Positions 25,366-37,929 of a stretch of 64,000 nucleotides of DNA are shown piece by piece. The stretch's first letter is position 1, and each line of letters starts with the position of its first letter. The notes below the pieces were generated by a model. The model saw nothing but the letters and a program-made list of their open reading frames with translations. It made no database searches and had not been told where the DNA came from. Position numbers and translations under genes: made by a program. The DNA comes from Octopus sinensis (Eukaryota): NCBI RefSeq assembly GCF_006345805.1, contig NC_043018.1, positions 10,974,001 to 11,038,000 of the forward strand, given 5' to 3'.

Positions 25366-26975
25366 CTGTATATTGCATTATGGTTGTAAATGAGCATCAC
25401 CATCATACACTAAGTATCCTTCATTTCCTATCTTCTGTGAAAACATGTCTGGCCTGGTAAGTGTTGCTTGGAATCAGATGAGAGTTGGTGGCAGGAAAGG
25501 CATCCGGCTATAGAAAATCTACCTCAATGAATTGTGCGACCCATGAAAAAAAAATGCACATTGATGATGATGATGATGACGATGATAAATACAAAGCTTT
25601 ATTAAGTGTTGTCACCTGCAAATTCACTTTATAAACAAGGCAAAGGGAACACAAAATTTTAAATAATGTACATTTATTTTATACATACATGTATTGTATA
25701 TATACTCACATATTAGCTCAAGCGATATTACATCTCGTTCACAAAATTCCATGTCTGAAAACAATTCTTTACAAAGAGATGGTTGACAAAAAAATGTCTG
25801 TCAAGCTTGGTAACGCTGCAATGTCTCATTCTAAAAATAAACACTCACATCTTCAAAATCTCAAAGCTATGAGATAATCTATGATTAATCTTGTGAAATG
25901 TGAATGTATATAAGCATTATATATGATGAAGTTATCCGAATGTTATAGGGTGAGATAAAAATGTGTTTGTTTTTGTATGTAGGTAAGTAGCATATTAAAA
26001 TCCTAATTATAGATTTTACAGGTGGTAAATTTAATCTCCTGCCCTGGTTAAACTTGACCATGTGGCCATTAGATATCTCCAGACAAGTCCAGCCAGTTGC
26101 AACAATTCGGGACATATTGTTACTGTTGTTGTTTATCTTCTGGCTAGTCCAGACCAATGATGAAAGACAACCCAAGAGTGACTGTCCTGTTTTTTTTTTT
26201 TTAAATTTGAGTAACAGGGATCCATCATTATCTGAAGCTGAGAGTATATTTGGTCACCAGAAACTGAATGAAACCTGTCACACACACACACACACACAAT
26301 AAATGAGGGAAATTGAAATTGGAGTTAGCAAGAATCTTTATTCAATACAAATTCTTCCGAACTCCATTTTCTGTTCCCCTCATTCATTTTAAACTCAATG
26401 AACACTGCAGAATTCCTGACATAGACCCAGTGACACATACCACTGTGGATGACATCAGATAGCCTAAACAGTGAAAGTGCTTTAATCGGCATACAACCAA
26501 CCATATACCTGAGGTCCAAATAATTAATTTTATATATGTATATATATATAGGTGCAGGAGTGGCTGTGTGGTAAGTAGCTTGCTAACCAACCACATGGTT
26601 CCGGGTTCAGTCCCACTGCTTGGCACCTTGGGCAAATGTCTTCTACTATAGCCTCGGGCCAACCAAAGCCTTGTGAGTGGATTTGGTAGACAGAAACTGA
26701 AAGAAGCCTGTCGTATATATATATATGTATGTATGTGTGTGTATATATTTGTGTGTCTATGTTTGTTTGTCCTCCCAACTTCGCTTGACAACTGATGCTG
26801 GTGTGTTTACGTCCCCGTTACTTAGCAGTTCGGCAAAAGAGACCGATAGAATAAGTACTGGGCTTACAAAGAATAAGTCCTGGGGTTGATTTGCTCGACT
26901 AAAGGCGGTGCTCCAGCATGGCCACAGTCAAATGACTGAAACGAGTAAAAGAGAGTAAAAAGTATATATAATTGT

Positions 26976-27006
<31 letters not shown>

Positions 27007-27188
27007 ATTGTACATACATATACAAGTTTCCAACCTGAAAATCCTTACTTACCAGGGAAAAACTGAAAAGGGCCCCAAGCGCAACCCTTCTTTTGATTAA
27101 ATCACAAAAAAAAGAGACAAGCTTCTAATTATTTATGTGACTGTGTTTGTTTGTTTTTTTTTTGTATGTGTTTGTGTGTTTTTTTTAT

Positions 27189-27397
27189 CTATGAGACAAT
27201 GGTTGCTTCTTCTGGTGCCGGTGCAGCAGCAGCAGCAGCAGCCGATGTTGTTGTAACTGTTGCTGCTGTGCTTGTGGTCGGAGGTGGTTGCAGGGGCAGC
27301 GGAGGGATGAGGATTGCCCGTAGCTTCTCGTTTAACTGAGAGATTTCAAGGTTGTACTTCTCGTACGACTTGACCAGTTGAGTGAAACGGACCAAAC
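27189..27397 (-). CDS. C12orf57: Protein C10 (C12orf57 ortholog) exon 3, terminal
   Basis: (G)LVRFTQLVKSYEKYNLEISQLNEKLRAILIPP matches human GVLKFARLVKSYEAQDPEIASLSGKLKALFLPP. Acceptor cttcag at 27398, stop TAG at 27191-27189. Confidence 0.93.
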
Positions 27398-27995
27398 CTG
27401 AAGCAAAAGACAAAAGAAAATGGAAATTAGACACGAGAGACAAAGGATTGGCGCCAGAAAATTGGCAGATTTGTAAGAGCATCACTAGGAATGCCTAGTG
27501 GTGGATTCCTTATGCTCTGAGTTCAAATCCACACCAAGACAAGGTCAACTTTGCTTTTATGACTTACTATTCTTCGGTATTGAGGCGGCGAGCTGGCAGA
27601 AACGTCAGCACGCCGGGCGAAATGCGTAGCCATATTCGTCTGCCGCTACGTTCTGAGTTCAAATTCTGCCGAGGTCGACTTTGGCTTTCATCCTTTCGGG
27701 GTCGATAAATTAAGTACCAGTTATGCACTGGGGGTCGATGTAATCGACTTAATCCATGGGTAGTAAAGAAATAGGTATCCATTTTATTAGTTCAGAAACT
27801 GTACATTTTGGGTATGAGACTAATCTCCTCACTCACCCTGGAAAGCATTGTAATACCTGGCCCCTGTGGTATATTACAATTGAGTTTGCTCAAGCTAGGT
27901 CCTTGACCCTTTTGTTACCATATTTCTGTTGGAATTCTTTTCCTTTGCTTCACACATTATTTATGATAAAATAATATATTTACAAAATGATATAG

Positions 27996-29882
27996 TTATG
28001 ACATATTTCTGTCATGAAACTGCCCAAAGCACCCTTCACACAAGGGCACTCTGCTAAAGGAACACCTATACGAAGCCTCAATCTGAGACCCTTTTGCAGC
28101 AAACTGCCTGCAAACCTTTTTGCTTCCGTTTATCTTTACGACTTGATGAAAGTCAATATTTTCTCTGTTGACCTCAGCCTCAGTTAATTTTGTTTTTCTC
28201 TCAGTTTTGTGTTTTCTGGAAGAAAAGCCCTCATTGAGATGTGATGTCAACCCGAAATTTCAAGTGGTCATAATCCATTGGTGGCAGAGGTACCATGTGG
28301 CATTCTACATATACATCAATACATGAATTTACAATGGTTAAATTTACTAAAAACCACAAAATGTACCTCCACCATTTCTTCCCAAATCGACCAACTGGGT
28401 AATATGCCTGATATTGGTCGGATTTATCAATCCCACCCATATATTTGTTATAACAAATATTCACTAGGGGTTTCCTCTCAGCACCAACACCAGGTTGTCC
28501 ATTAGAAGACAGAAATAAAATCTGTCTTTTGTCTTTGAAAGCAGTAACTAAAAAAATTTTCGTTTTGCATTTGTAAAATGTCCCCTCTTTCTTTAAATTT
28601 TGTTTTCATTTCATACGGTAAGCCTTTACGGTTTCCCATAACAGTACTGCACGTCTAAGTACTTACATGGGCAAGATTTTCTGTCAAAGCCACTGAAGAC
28701 AAAAAAATGGTCAAAACAGAGGTGTCGGTGCTGATGGTGAAATGGTTCAGTAAGAGACGATACAACATCATATCCCAATCCATATGGTCTGTTTCCATTA
28801 TATTTTTTACCTGTGTAAACATCAAAGTTTACACAATATCCAGTCTCTGATTCACAAACTTCCCATACCTTGATCCCCTATTTAGTAGGTTTGGCAGGTA
28901 TGTACTGCCGAAAATGTACTCTGTCCTTATAGCCTATCATGGCTTCATCTACACTGAGATTTTTCCCAGGTAAATAAACAGTTTTATAACTATTAAGGAG
29001 TAAATCAATTACAGGACATAATTTGTAGAGGGGATCATAGTTTGGGTCATTTTTGCTGGGGGCATTAGCAGAATCAGTTAAATGTAAATACTGAGATATT
29101 TTTGAATACCTCGTCTTCAACATTATACTTCAGATATATGGATCACCACACCTTATATGAGGACTCCAGTAGTTCCAGTCGAGGAAGCTGTTTAACACCA
29201 AACATAATATTAATTGTGAAAAGTGCTCTCACTTTAGCATTATAAGTAGGTTACCATGGTGGATCACTTCTTCCACGAATAGAAATTAAATTATATGTTA
29301 TGCATATTTGTGTGTTTTCTCTGCAACATTTTCAAAAAAACTTTCTGGTAAAAATAAAAATAGTCCAATGGTTGAGCATCAGGAGGTAAATCGTGTTTTA
29401 GAACAGTTCCTTCTGTGAAATCAGGAATAATGATTGGTGTTGTAATCTTCGACCATGTTGCCATGTTTACGATATCATTTTTATTCTCACAATCTTCCTC
29501 GTCCGACAATTAATCACTAATATCGATATCAGATTCATCAAAAGACAAAATACTCTTGCTTTCATGTATATTTTCTATATCGTCAATTGTAAAACCTTCA
29601 AAGCCAGAATCGCTACTTGCTGGCGCCATTTCTTTAACAACTAAGGTTCACACTTCTCTTCAGACGTTGAAAAAAAAAAAACCACGTGGTCTAAACAATT
29701 TCACAGTATTTATACTTGAATAAAGGTGGGGAAAGGTTTCATCTCACATCATCTCAAAGCTGCGAGAATTGAATAACGTGATTTGTTTATTTTTTTAGTG
29801 ATTTTGTAGAACAGCCAGATACAAATGGGTTGGACAAATAAAGGGGAATTAATTTTGGCCAGTTTGAACCCTAAAAGGTTAA
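27996..29882 (-). mobile_element. piggyBac transposase pseudogene in C12orf57 intron 2
   Basis: Acidic N-terminus from ATG 29629, DPLYKL..SVDEAMI, FDHFF-like and YNKYMGGIDKSDQ motifs, degenerate Cys-rich C-terminus. Many stops and frameshifts. One end reads TTAA-CCTTTTAG at 29882-29871; the other end was not located. Confidence 0.88.
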
Positions 29883-31055
29883 GCCGGTCAGCTGGCAGAG
29901 TTGTTAGCATGCTGGGCGAAATGCTTAGTGGTATGTCATTTCTCTTTATGCTCTGAGTCCAAATTCTGCTGAGATCGACCTTGCCTTTCATTCTTTGGGG
30001 TTGATAAATTAAGTACCAGTTGCGTACTGGGGTCGATCTAATCAACTGACCCCCTCCCCCAAAATTTCAGGCCTTGTGCTTACAGTAGAAAGGATTATTA
30101 TTATTATTATAGGCGCAGGAGTGACTGTGTGGTAAGTAGCTTGTTTACTAACCACATGATTCCAGGTTCAGTCCCACTGCGTGGCACCTTGGGCAAGTGT
30201 CTTCTGCTATAGCCTCGGGCCAACCAAAGCCTTGTGAGTGGATTTGGTAGATGGCAACTGAAAGAAGCCCGTCGTATAAATGTATATATATATATATATA
30301 TATATTTATGTGTGTGTATATGTTTGTGTGTCTGTGTTTGACCCCCTAGCATCGCTTGACAACCGATGCTGGTGTGTTTATGTTCCCGTTACTTAGCGGT
30401 TTAGCAAAAGAGACCGATAGAATAAGTACTGGGCTTACAAAAGAATAAGTCCTGGGGTCGAGTTGCTCAATTAAAAGGCGGTGCTCCAGCATGGCTGCAG
30501 TCAAATGACTGAAACAAGTAAAAGAGTAAAAGAGTATTATTAAGGTGGCGAGCTGGCAGAATTGTTAGCACGCTGGACGAAGTGCTTAGCAGTATTTCAT
30601 CTGCCACTACATTCTGGGTTCAAATTCCCCCGAGGTCAACTTTGCCTTTCATCCTTTCGGGGTCGATAAATTAAGTACCAGTTGAGTACTGGGGATGATG
30701 TGATCAACTATCCCCCTCCCCGCAAATTACAGGCCTTGTGCCTTTAGTAGAAAGGATATTTGAGCAGCATCAATTTCATTAGTTGCTAAGAGTCTGCAAA
30801 GGTCATGACCTCTTGCCTTTGATTAATTATGCCCTCCTCCCCAAACCTACCTCACTCTTGAGATAAAAAAAAAATAACATGGAAGTAAGGAAACCAGCTG
30901 TAATTGAGGATTGAACACAGATTCATTGATGAAACGGACGGACAGACAGACAGGGTGGGTGGGACGGTCACAATTGGATCACTTTTGATTATCGAATCTC
31001 AGATCTGCTCAACAGGGATGGCTGACCTGGGGCCAAACAACAAAGGGTGACGTAC

Positions 31056-31232
31056 CTTCTCCATTTCCTGGGAATCCATATTTTTCAATGATACCCATTT
31101 CAATTTGTGTTGCTAACGGGAAAACAAGTTGCATCGTTTTCAACATGTCGTTGCCAGCACTCTCTCGGGCTTCGTCTAATTGAGCGACATTCTCTTCCTT
31201 GTTCAGCGTGTCGAGGATTTCGTTAAGGACCA
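31056..31232 (-). CDS. C12orf57: Protein C10 (C12orf57 ortholog) exon 2 (177 nt, phase 1-1)
   Basis: VLNEILDTLNKEENVAQLDEARESAGNDMLKTMQLVFPLATQIEMGIIEKYGFPGNGE matches human VLAEVIQAFSAPENAVRMDEARDNACNDMGKMLQFVLPVATQIQQEVIKAYGFSCDGE. Acceptor ttgtttcag, donor G|GTACGT. Confidence 0.95.
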
Positions 31233-32399
31233 CTGAAACAAAACAAACAAATTGTCTAAATCAGGACTTTACTCTTTTAGTTGTTTCAGTCATTTGACTG
31301 CGGCCATGCTGGAGCACCGCCTTTAGTCGAACACATCGACTCCAGAACTTATTCTATCGGTCTCTTTTGCCGAACCGCGAAGTAACGGATGTAAACACAC
31401 CAGCATCGGTTGTCAAGCGATGTTGGGGAGACAAACACAGACACACACATATACATATACGACAGGCTTCTTTCAGTTTCCGTCTACCAAATCAACTCAC
31501 AAAGCTTTGGTCAGCCCGAGGCTATAGTAGAAGACACTTGCCCAAGGTGCCATGCAGTGGGACTGAACCCGGAACCATGTGGTTGGTAGACAAGCTACTT
31601 ACCACACAGCCACTCCTGCGCCTATCAATTTTTATTATTTTATTATTTTTTTTTTCTGGTATTATGTCTTGAGTTCAAATCCCACCAAAGGACTTTGCCT
31701 TTCATCCCTTATATGGTTTAATTGAAGAAATGAGGGTTGATGTAATCAATTAACCACCCCACCCCACAAATTGCAGGCTTTGAGCCAATATCAGAAAGGT
31801 TTGTTATTAGTATAATTTCTGATAGATCCATCCATGGCATTCTCCATCACATGCAACACATCCATGGGATAGATTGCAAATAGATCTGGCTTTGGCAGGG
31901 GCACACCACCAGTTTGGATCAGTCCAAGGTATTTGACAGGGTAGACCATCGCCATCTGGTGGCTGTCCTAAAATCTGTCTTCAGAGGCTGCATCATTGCA
32001 ATGTAGAGTGGCATTTGCTTGATGGTCAAATTAAAGAGCAACTTCTTGGAACCTTTCAGCATTGAATGTTTGGTCTTTGCTAAGAATGCAATTTTTTTAG
32101 TTGAAGGAGATAACCAAAAAGTACCGAATTGTCGACCAAGTCTTGACTGTTGCAGAGATCCAGGATGAAGAATGATCTGATCACCCTTTTGCATAATTAC
32201 ATTGTATAATTAATGGCATGGCTGTGTGGTAAGAAGCTTGCTTCCTAACCACATGGCTCTGGGTTCAATCCCACTGCATGGCATCTTGGGCAAGTGTCTT
32301 CTACTATATCCTCAGGCTGATCAAAGCCTTGTGAGCGGATTTGGAAGACGGAAACTGAAAGAAACCTGTCGTATATATATATATATATATATATATATA

Positions 32400-32630
32400 C
32401 CGGAGTAAACACATAAATGTGAAACAAGGTGGAAAAAAAAGTACTCAAATACCAGTGGTAGAGTAATATGCTTTATTTTAAGCAGCAGAAAATTCAACAA
32501 AATCTGTTACTCTGAGTTTCTCGTTGCCGTTCATTAGACAGTTTTTCTAGCAAAAACTGTCTGATGAACGGCAACGAGAAACTCAGAGTAACAGATTTTG
32601 TTGAATTTTCTGCTGCTTTAAATAAAGTAT
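32400..32630. mobile_element. Penelope-like terminal fragment forming a 79-bp-arm palindrome
   Basis: Arms 32468-32546 and 32552-32630 with 3 mismatches and spacer ctagc. Each arm holds a hammerhead copy. Inserted in the central (TA)n of a SINE. Confidence 0.65.
32552..32599 (+). ncRNA. Minimal type I hammerhead motif (Penelope-type)
   Basis: aaaaactgt-CTGATGA-a-cg-GCAA-cg-a-GAA-actcagagt-A-acagatttt: helix I 4+4 bp, tetraloop helix II, near-palindromic helix III, GUA triplet. Confidence 0.65.
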
Positions 32631-33597
32631 ATATATGTATATATGCATATGCTATGTTTGAGTCTGTGTTTCTACCCCCCCCCCCCGCTTGACAACTGGT
32701 GTTGGTGTATTTACGTCCCCGTAACGTAGTGGTACAGCAAAAGACACCGATAGAATAAGTTCCTGACTTTGAAAGAAAAAAGAAGGGGTCCTATGGTCGA
32801 TTATTCGACTAAAACCCATCAAAGTGGGGCTCCAGTATGGTCGCAGTCAAATGACTGAAACAAGTCAAAAACAAAAGATGTTTCTAATTAAAATACCTGT
32901 AAGTTAACAGAATATTTCCCCCTCTACGTAGCAAACATGTTTTTTTTAAAAATTAAAGTATTTTTATTCCTACCCTTAAAAAAGAAATAAATAAAAAAAA
33001 AAGGGGGAAATAATACTTTGTTTTCGCGATTTCATGTAAACTATATTCATACACAAACCTCATTATGCCGAAATTTCAATTAATTATAAAGCTGAGCCTT
33101 CCAATCACATGGTTTCGGATTCAGTCCCAGAGAATGGCACCTTGGGCAAGTGTCTTCTATTTTCGCCCTGGGCACCGATCAAAGCCTTGTGAGTGGACTT
33201 GGGTAGCTGAAGAAGGAAAGCAGCTCATTACACACAGACTGTCTGTCTCCGATAATCTGCGTTTGTTTATGTCCCCGTAACTTAGAGGTTCGACAAAAGA
33301 ACATCAATAGAATAAGTAACAGACTTAAAACAAACAAAACATAAGAACTGCGGGCGATTCGTTCAACTAAAAACCCCTTTAAGATAATGTCCCAGCATGG
33401 CCACTGACCAATGGCTGAAACGAATAAAGGATAAAATGGTTAATTCTTTCATTCAAGAATTCGGTACAAGCACCTCATAAATAGCCACACAGTCGCTTCT
33501 CTTACCGAATTCGGTAATCTTTCAGTCTAGAGTGTTTAAAAAGTAAAAAAATGAAAGGGGAAATAGTAAGTGGAGGGGAGGATAAATAAGTGAACTG

Positions 33598-33826
33598 TTA
33601 GACGAAGCAGACCTGGGCTACGGCCACCGAAAAGGGAACGAAAGTCTTTGATTTTGGAACAGAATTCCTCCTCCAAATGAATTCGTGTAAATATGACACA
33701 AATAAATTGTCCGACGTTCCAAAATGTCGCCGTAATTTTCTTTTCACCTCGCATCCACATATTCTCCCCATTTTGCGTGTGGACGTCCTCATTCGTGCGA
33801 CCCACAAAGCCCTCCTGGGGCCACAA
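33598..33826 (-). mobile_element. Merlin (IS1595/ISXO2-like) transposase C-terminal remnant in C12orf57 intron 1
   Basis: Two frames join across one frameshift as HTQNGENMWMR-VKRKLRRHFGTSDNLFVSYLHEFIWRR, matching the Merlin HTQxIExxW...YLxEFxWR motif. Confidence 0.75.
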
Positions 33827-34005
33827 TCCGTGAGGGTCGAAGCCGTCGTTAAGGCTTCGTTTCTATTTACTTTTTTAAACACCATAAACCGAAAGATTAC
33901 CCCGAATTCCACAATAATTCTTCAGCGAAACAGCAAAGCAGTCAGCTTATCACAGCAGCACCACAGAGACGGATCGAACCCCGCATTTGGCCATTGTTCC
34001 CTTAC

Positions 34006-34048
34006 CTTTGCAGTCTTCGCTGGAAAAATGTTGACCTGACGCCGCCAT
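34006..34048 (-). CDS. C12orf57: Protein C10 (C12orf57 ortholog) coding exon 1, MAASGQHFSSEDCK
   Basis: aagATGGCG start, phase-1 donor AAAG|GTAAGG. Resembles human LSAEQAK|V. Total CDS 43+177+209 = 429 nt, 142 aa. Confidence 0.9.
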
Positions 34049-35069
34049 CTTCAACAGTTGAATCTCATTACGGGCGGTGTAAAGTTAAAATAATCCCCAA
34101 CACAGAAAAAGTGCCCCAGTCCAGACAAAAGCATAAATATTTCGATAGAAGCTCATTCACCTTATACAAAGATAAAATAGAGAAATGATGCCCCCGCGCT
34201 CTCTCGACCTGCTAGGAAATGTTACTAAATATCCCTCAAATACACGCTATTGTCTTAAACAGATACGTGTATGGGAACGTGTATGTTGTGGGGGAGGGCT
34301 TGTGTCTTCAGAATAATGTAATTAAATTAAATTTAATGTAATTAAATTAATTTAGTAGATTCTTCGTTATTTACAAAAGTAATCGAGACAAAGGCGCTAT
34401 TTAATTGGAAATACGGTTTCTAAAAATAAAAGTGATAAAAAGAAGAAATTTAATGTACAAGGGAAGCAACTCTTGGCAAATATTAACAGGAGTTAACTCC
34501 CATAATTATTTTGTAATACAACTGTATAATTAGTATGTAAGACATCGAAGAAATTAAAGAAAATTGACAAAAAAAGGAAAAAAAACCCAAAATCGAACTT
34601 CATGAGACCCAAAACACTGCGGATTATTTTTGTACTTGCCCCATTCTCTGTATTGAAATCCCTTTTAAAATAGTATTTTCATTTTTGCCTCTAAAAATGG
34701 TACAGCATAGAGATAGGACCCAAGTGAAAACACTTGATAATATAGCTTACACGTACGAACGAAGTTTTATACACATTTTTAATATTTTTTATGTATAATA
34801 TCATCAAAAAAGTACGCCTACGATATTATGTTTTGATTGATACGTTATAGTACATGTATGTCACCCGTATTTTCTTCTTCTTCTTCTTCTTCTTCTTCTT
34901 CTTTCTTCTTCTTCTTCTTCTTCTCTTCTTCTTCTTCTTCTTCTTCTTCTATGTGTGTCTGTATGTCTGTATGTATGCATGTATGCATGCATGCATGCAT
35001 GTATGTATGTATGTATGTATGTATGTATGTATGTATGTATGTATGTATGTATGAATGTATGTATGTATG

Positions 35070-36180
35070 TCATAGCTCAGTTTTCAAGATTCCTTGTCAA
35101 TAGAGAATGAGCCGGTTTCTAACCTACATCCAAGGCTCCTTCATTGGAAGTTCCTCATCAACAACAGGGTATTTTTTGTATGTATGTACTACGTATGTAT
35201 GTATGTATGTATGTATGTATGTATGTATGTATGTATGTATGTATGTATGTATGTCGGTATGTATGTATGTATGTATGTGTGTGTGTGTATGCATTTATGT
35301 ACGTACATACGTACGTACGCATGTATGTATGTATGTATATATGTGCAGATTTGTATGTTTTATGTATGTATTCTCATGCATATAGTTGCATATCTAGACA
35401 TGCTCATATATATTTAAATGATAAACTTCTGGAAAGTTTTACAGATTTTTACAGTTCCTGTGATGGATTGGATCTGTAGTCTTCCAATTAGCTTTCTCCT
35501 TTCAGATTTTGAGAAGCCTAATTTCTCATGATTGGTATTTAGGCATTGTGTTACATATCACAGGGCCCCAATAATTAAAAGTATAAACTTGTAATCTGGA
35601 TAGAGTAACTGCAGATTTCTCAATAGTTCAGCGTAGATATTCTCTTTTTCACTGATCTTCAGCTTTTTGTTAACATCCACTGAGCAGCTAATTTCCACAA
35701 CTGTGCACAGTATCTCTTCTCTATCCCAAATCATTATATCAGGTCCATTGTGCTTACATTTTATTGAGATCTGCACTGGCACATTCCACCGGTATTCCTT
35801 TTTATTATGAGGGCTTCTGCCATATTGTGCGTTTTTATTTCTTTGTTCTCGGGATTATCCTTCCGACGGATTTCATTATAGAGTATCATAGCTACAATGT
35901 CATGTCTCATCAGTAGATAATACCGTGATGACATTTTCGGACAACTGCTTATGATATGGGTGATATCTTCAGTGTGAACCCCACAAAGTCTGCATCGGTT
36001 GTTACATTTTACTGCTTTTCCTGCATCTGTATCCCTTTTGTGCATCAGGTACTTGGTTGATATTTCCTGTTCCTGGATTGCTAACACATGCCTTTCAAAG
36101 TGGGAGGTAGTAACCCGGCTATTGGCCTATGACAAACTTCTTTGTTGATCGATATTACTATCACCCCGGGACTTTCTACT
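35070..36180 (-). mobile_element. 5'-truncated R4/Dong-like LINE with (TACA)n tail
   Basis: CRLCGVHTEDITHIISSC knuckle, RHD and GPDIMIWD..VEISC endonuclease fragments (ORFs 35761-36087 and 35558-35782). The 3' UTR runs into (TACA)n tracts. Confidence 0.8.
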
Positions 36181-36433
36181 AACATATCCATGCATAGTCT
36201 TCTACTCGTGTAGGCTCATCCTTTCATCTAATAATACGTTACGGTAGAGTCTCGTCTGCTGTATGTAGTCTCGGACTGTAACCTTGGAACGGCCAATGCA
36301 TTGAGAGGGAATCTGGTGGACGAAAACTGTGTAGAAGCCCATCGTATCTTTACATACATACATACATACATACATACAACATACATACATACATACATAC
36401 ATAATACATACATACATACACACACACACACAC

Positions 36434-36570
<137 letters not shown>

Positions 36571-36584
36571 TTAATTTATATTTC

Positions 36585-37050
36585 AAACAACACCATTTTC
36601 CCTTATTACTTCATGATTAAAAAACAAAAAAAAACAATCTTCCATTCGTTAAATTATACAAATTTCACATTTGATATTACTGAAGAGCAGAAGGATTATC
36701 TATAAATGCTTATCAACATAGGATTCCATTATTCTATATTATCGAAGTCTATGAACTATATTTGGAATACTAGACAATATAATGGATTTTACACACAACT
36801 TTTATGGATTATTACAGAAGACTAACCAAGGAAGTATATATGGATTTGAAGACTCTCATACTAAAGTGAACTTACCAAAATCAAAAGCAGTAATTCTTAA
36901 TTTATATTTCAAACAAACACCATTTTATCATATTACTTCAATTAAAAAAAAAAACTACCATTTGATATATTATGCAAAATTCAAATTTTATATCTCTGAA
37001 GAACAGAAGAGTTGTCTATAAATGCTTATCAATATAGGATTTCCTTATAG
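36585..37050 (+). repeat. Old diverged tandem duplication, period about 320 bp
   Basis: tatatttcaaaca..caccatttt and ctgaaga.cagaag...tctataaatgcttatcaa.ataggatt each occur twice. Confidence 0.6.
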
Positions 37051-37267
37051 GGACAGCACTTCAACGAAACGATCGTAAGATGCTTTAAAAACTTAATTCA
37101 AATCTTTTAAACTGTCATATTTATTATTATATATTTATATATTTATACTTATACATATTTGCATATATTTATATATATTCATATTTTTAATACAACACTT
37201 ATTTTACACACGTATATATCTTTCTGAAGAATTTTCTAATATTGATTCCTGACATTAATAATAATAT

Positions 37268-37329
<62 letters not shown>

Positions 37330-37929
37330 ATGTGTGTGTGTGTGTGCATGTGTGTTTGCTCCCCCCACATCGTTTGAAAACTGATACTCCTCTTGTTTGC
37401 GTTCCATCAGCAGTTCAACAAATCGATAAAACTAGAAAACCACTCGGACACCGCAGACCTCTGCCAAGCAGCTCATTTCCACCCATATACACACATGCTG
37501 AGAATCGCCCAATTTTCCAAACCAATACTGACAAAAACATAACCTCCTCCCATACTTATCTCGACCATCGTCATCATCAACACTGTCTCTGCTTTCACCA
37601 CAATCACCGTCAGAACTACGATCACCACAATCAGTTTCTTTACACTGTTGAAAATCCATTATCCGATACTCATGGGACCGACATTGTTGCAGATTTTTGA
37701 TTTTTCTAATTTCGGAGTGCTTTATTAAAAAAAAAAAAACATCTACAAAACAGAACAGTTTGAGGATAGAAACCAGGTCTAAACACAATAGCTTATAGAC
37801 ATACTCTGAATGTAGTTCTATATAAATCTTTGATAATTTTTTTATACTTAAGATCATCAGAAATGTTAAGATATCAGCCTCTACCCACGTTGTTATGCTT
37901 TGATTAGAAGGTTACAGCATAGATTAGAT

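Noticed and set aside
34100-34200. U7 snRNA near C12orf57, as in the human locus; cttttgtctgg on the minus strand looks like an Sm site
   Set aside because: No convincing 3' stem-loop and no histone-downstream-element complement at the right distance. A covariance-model search would settle it.
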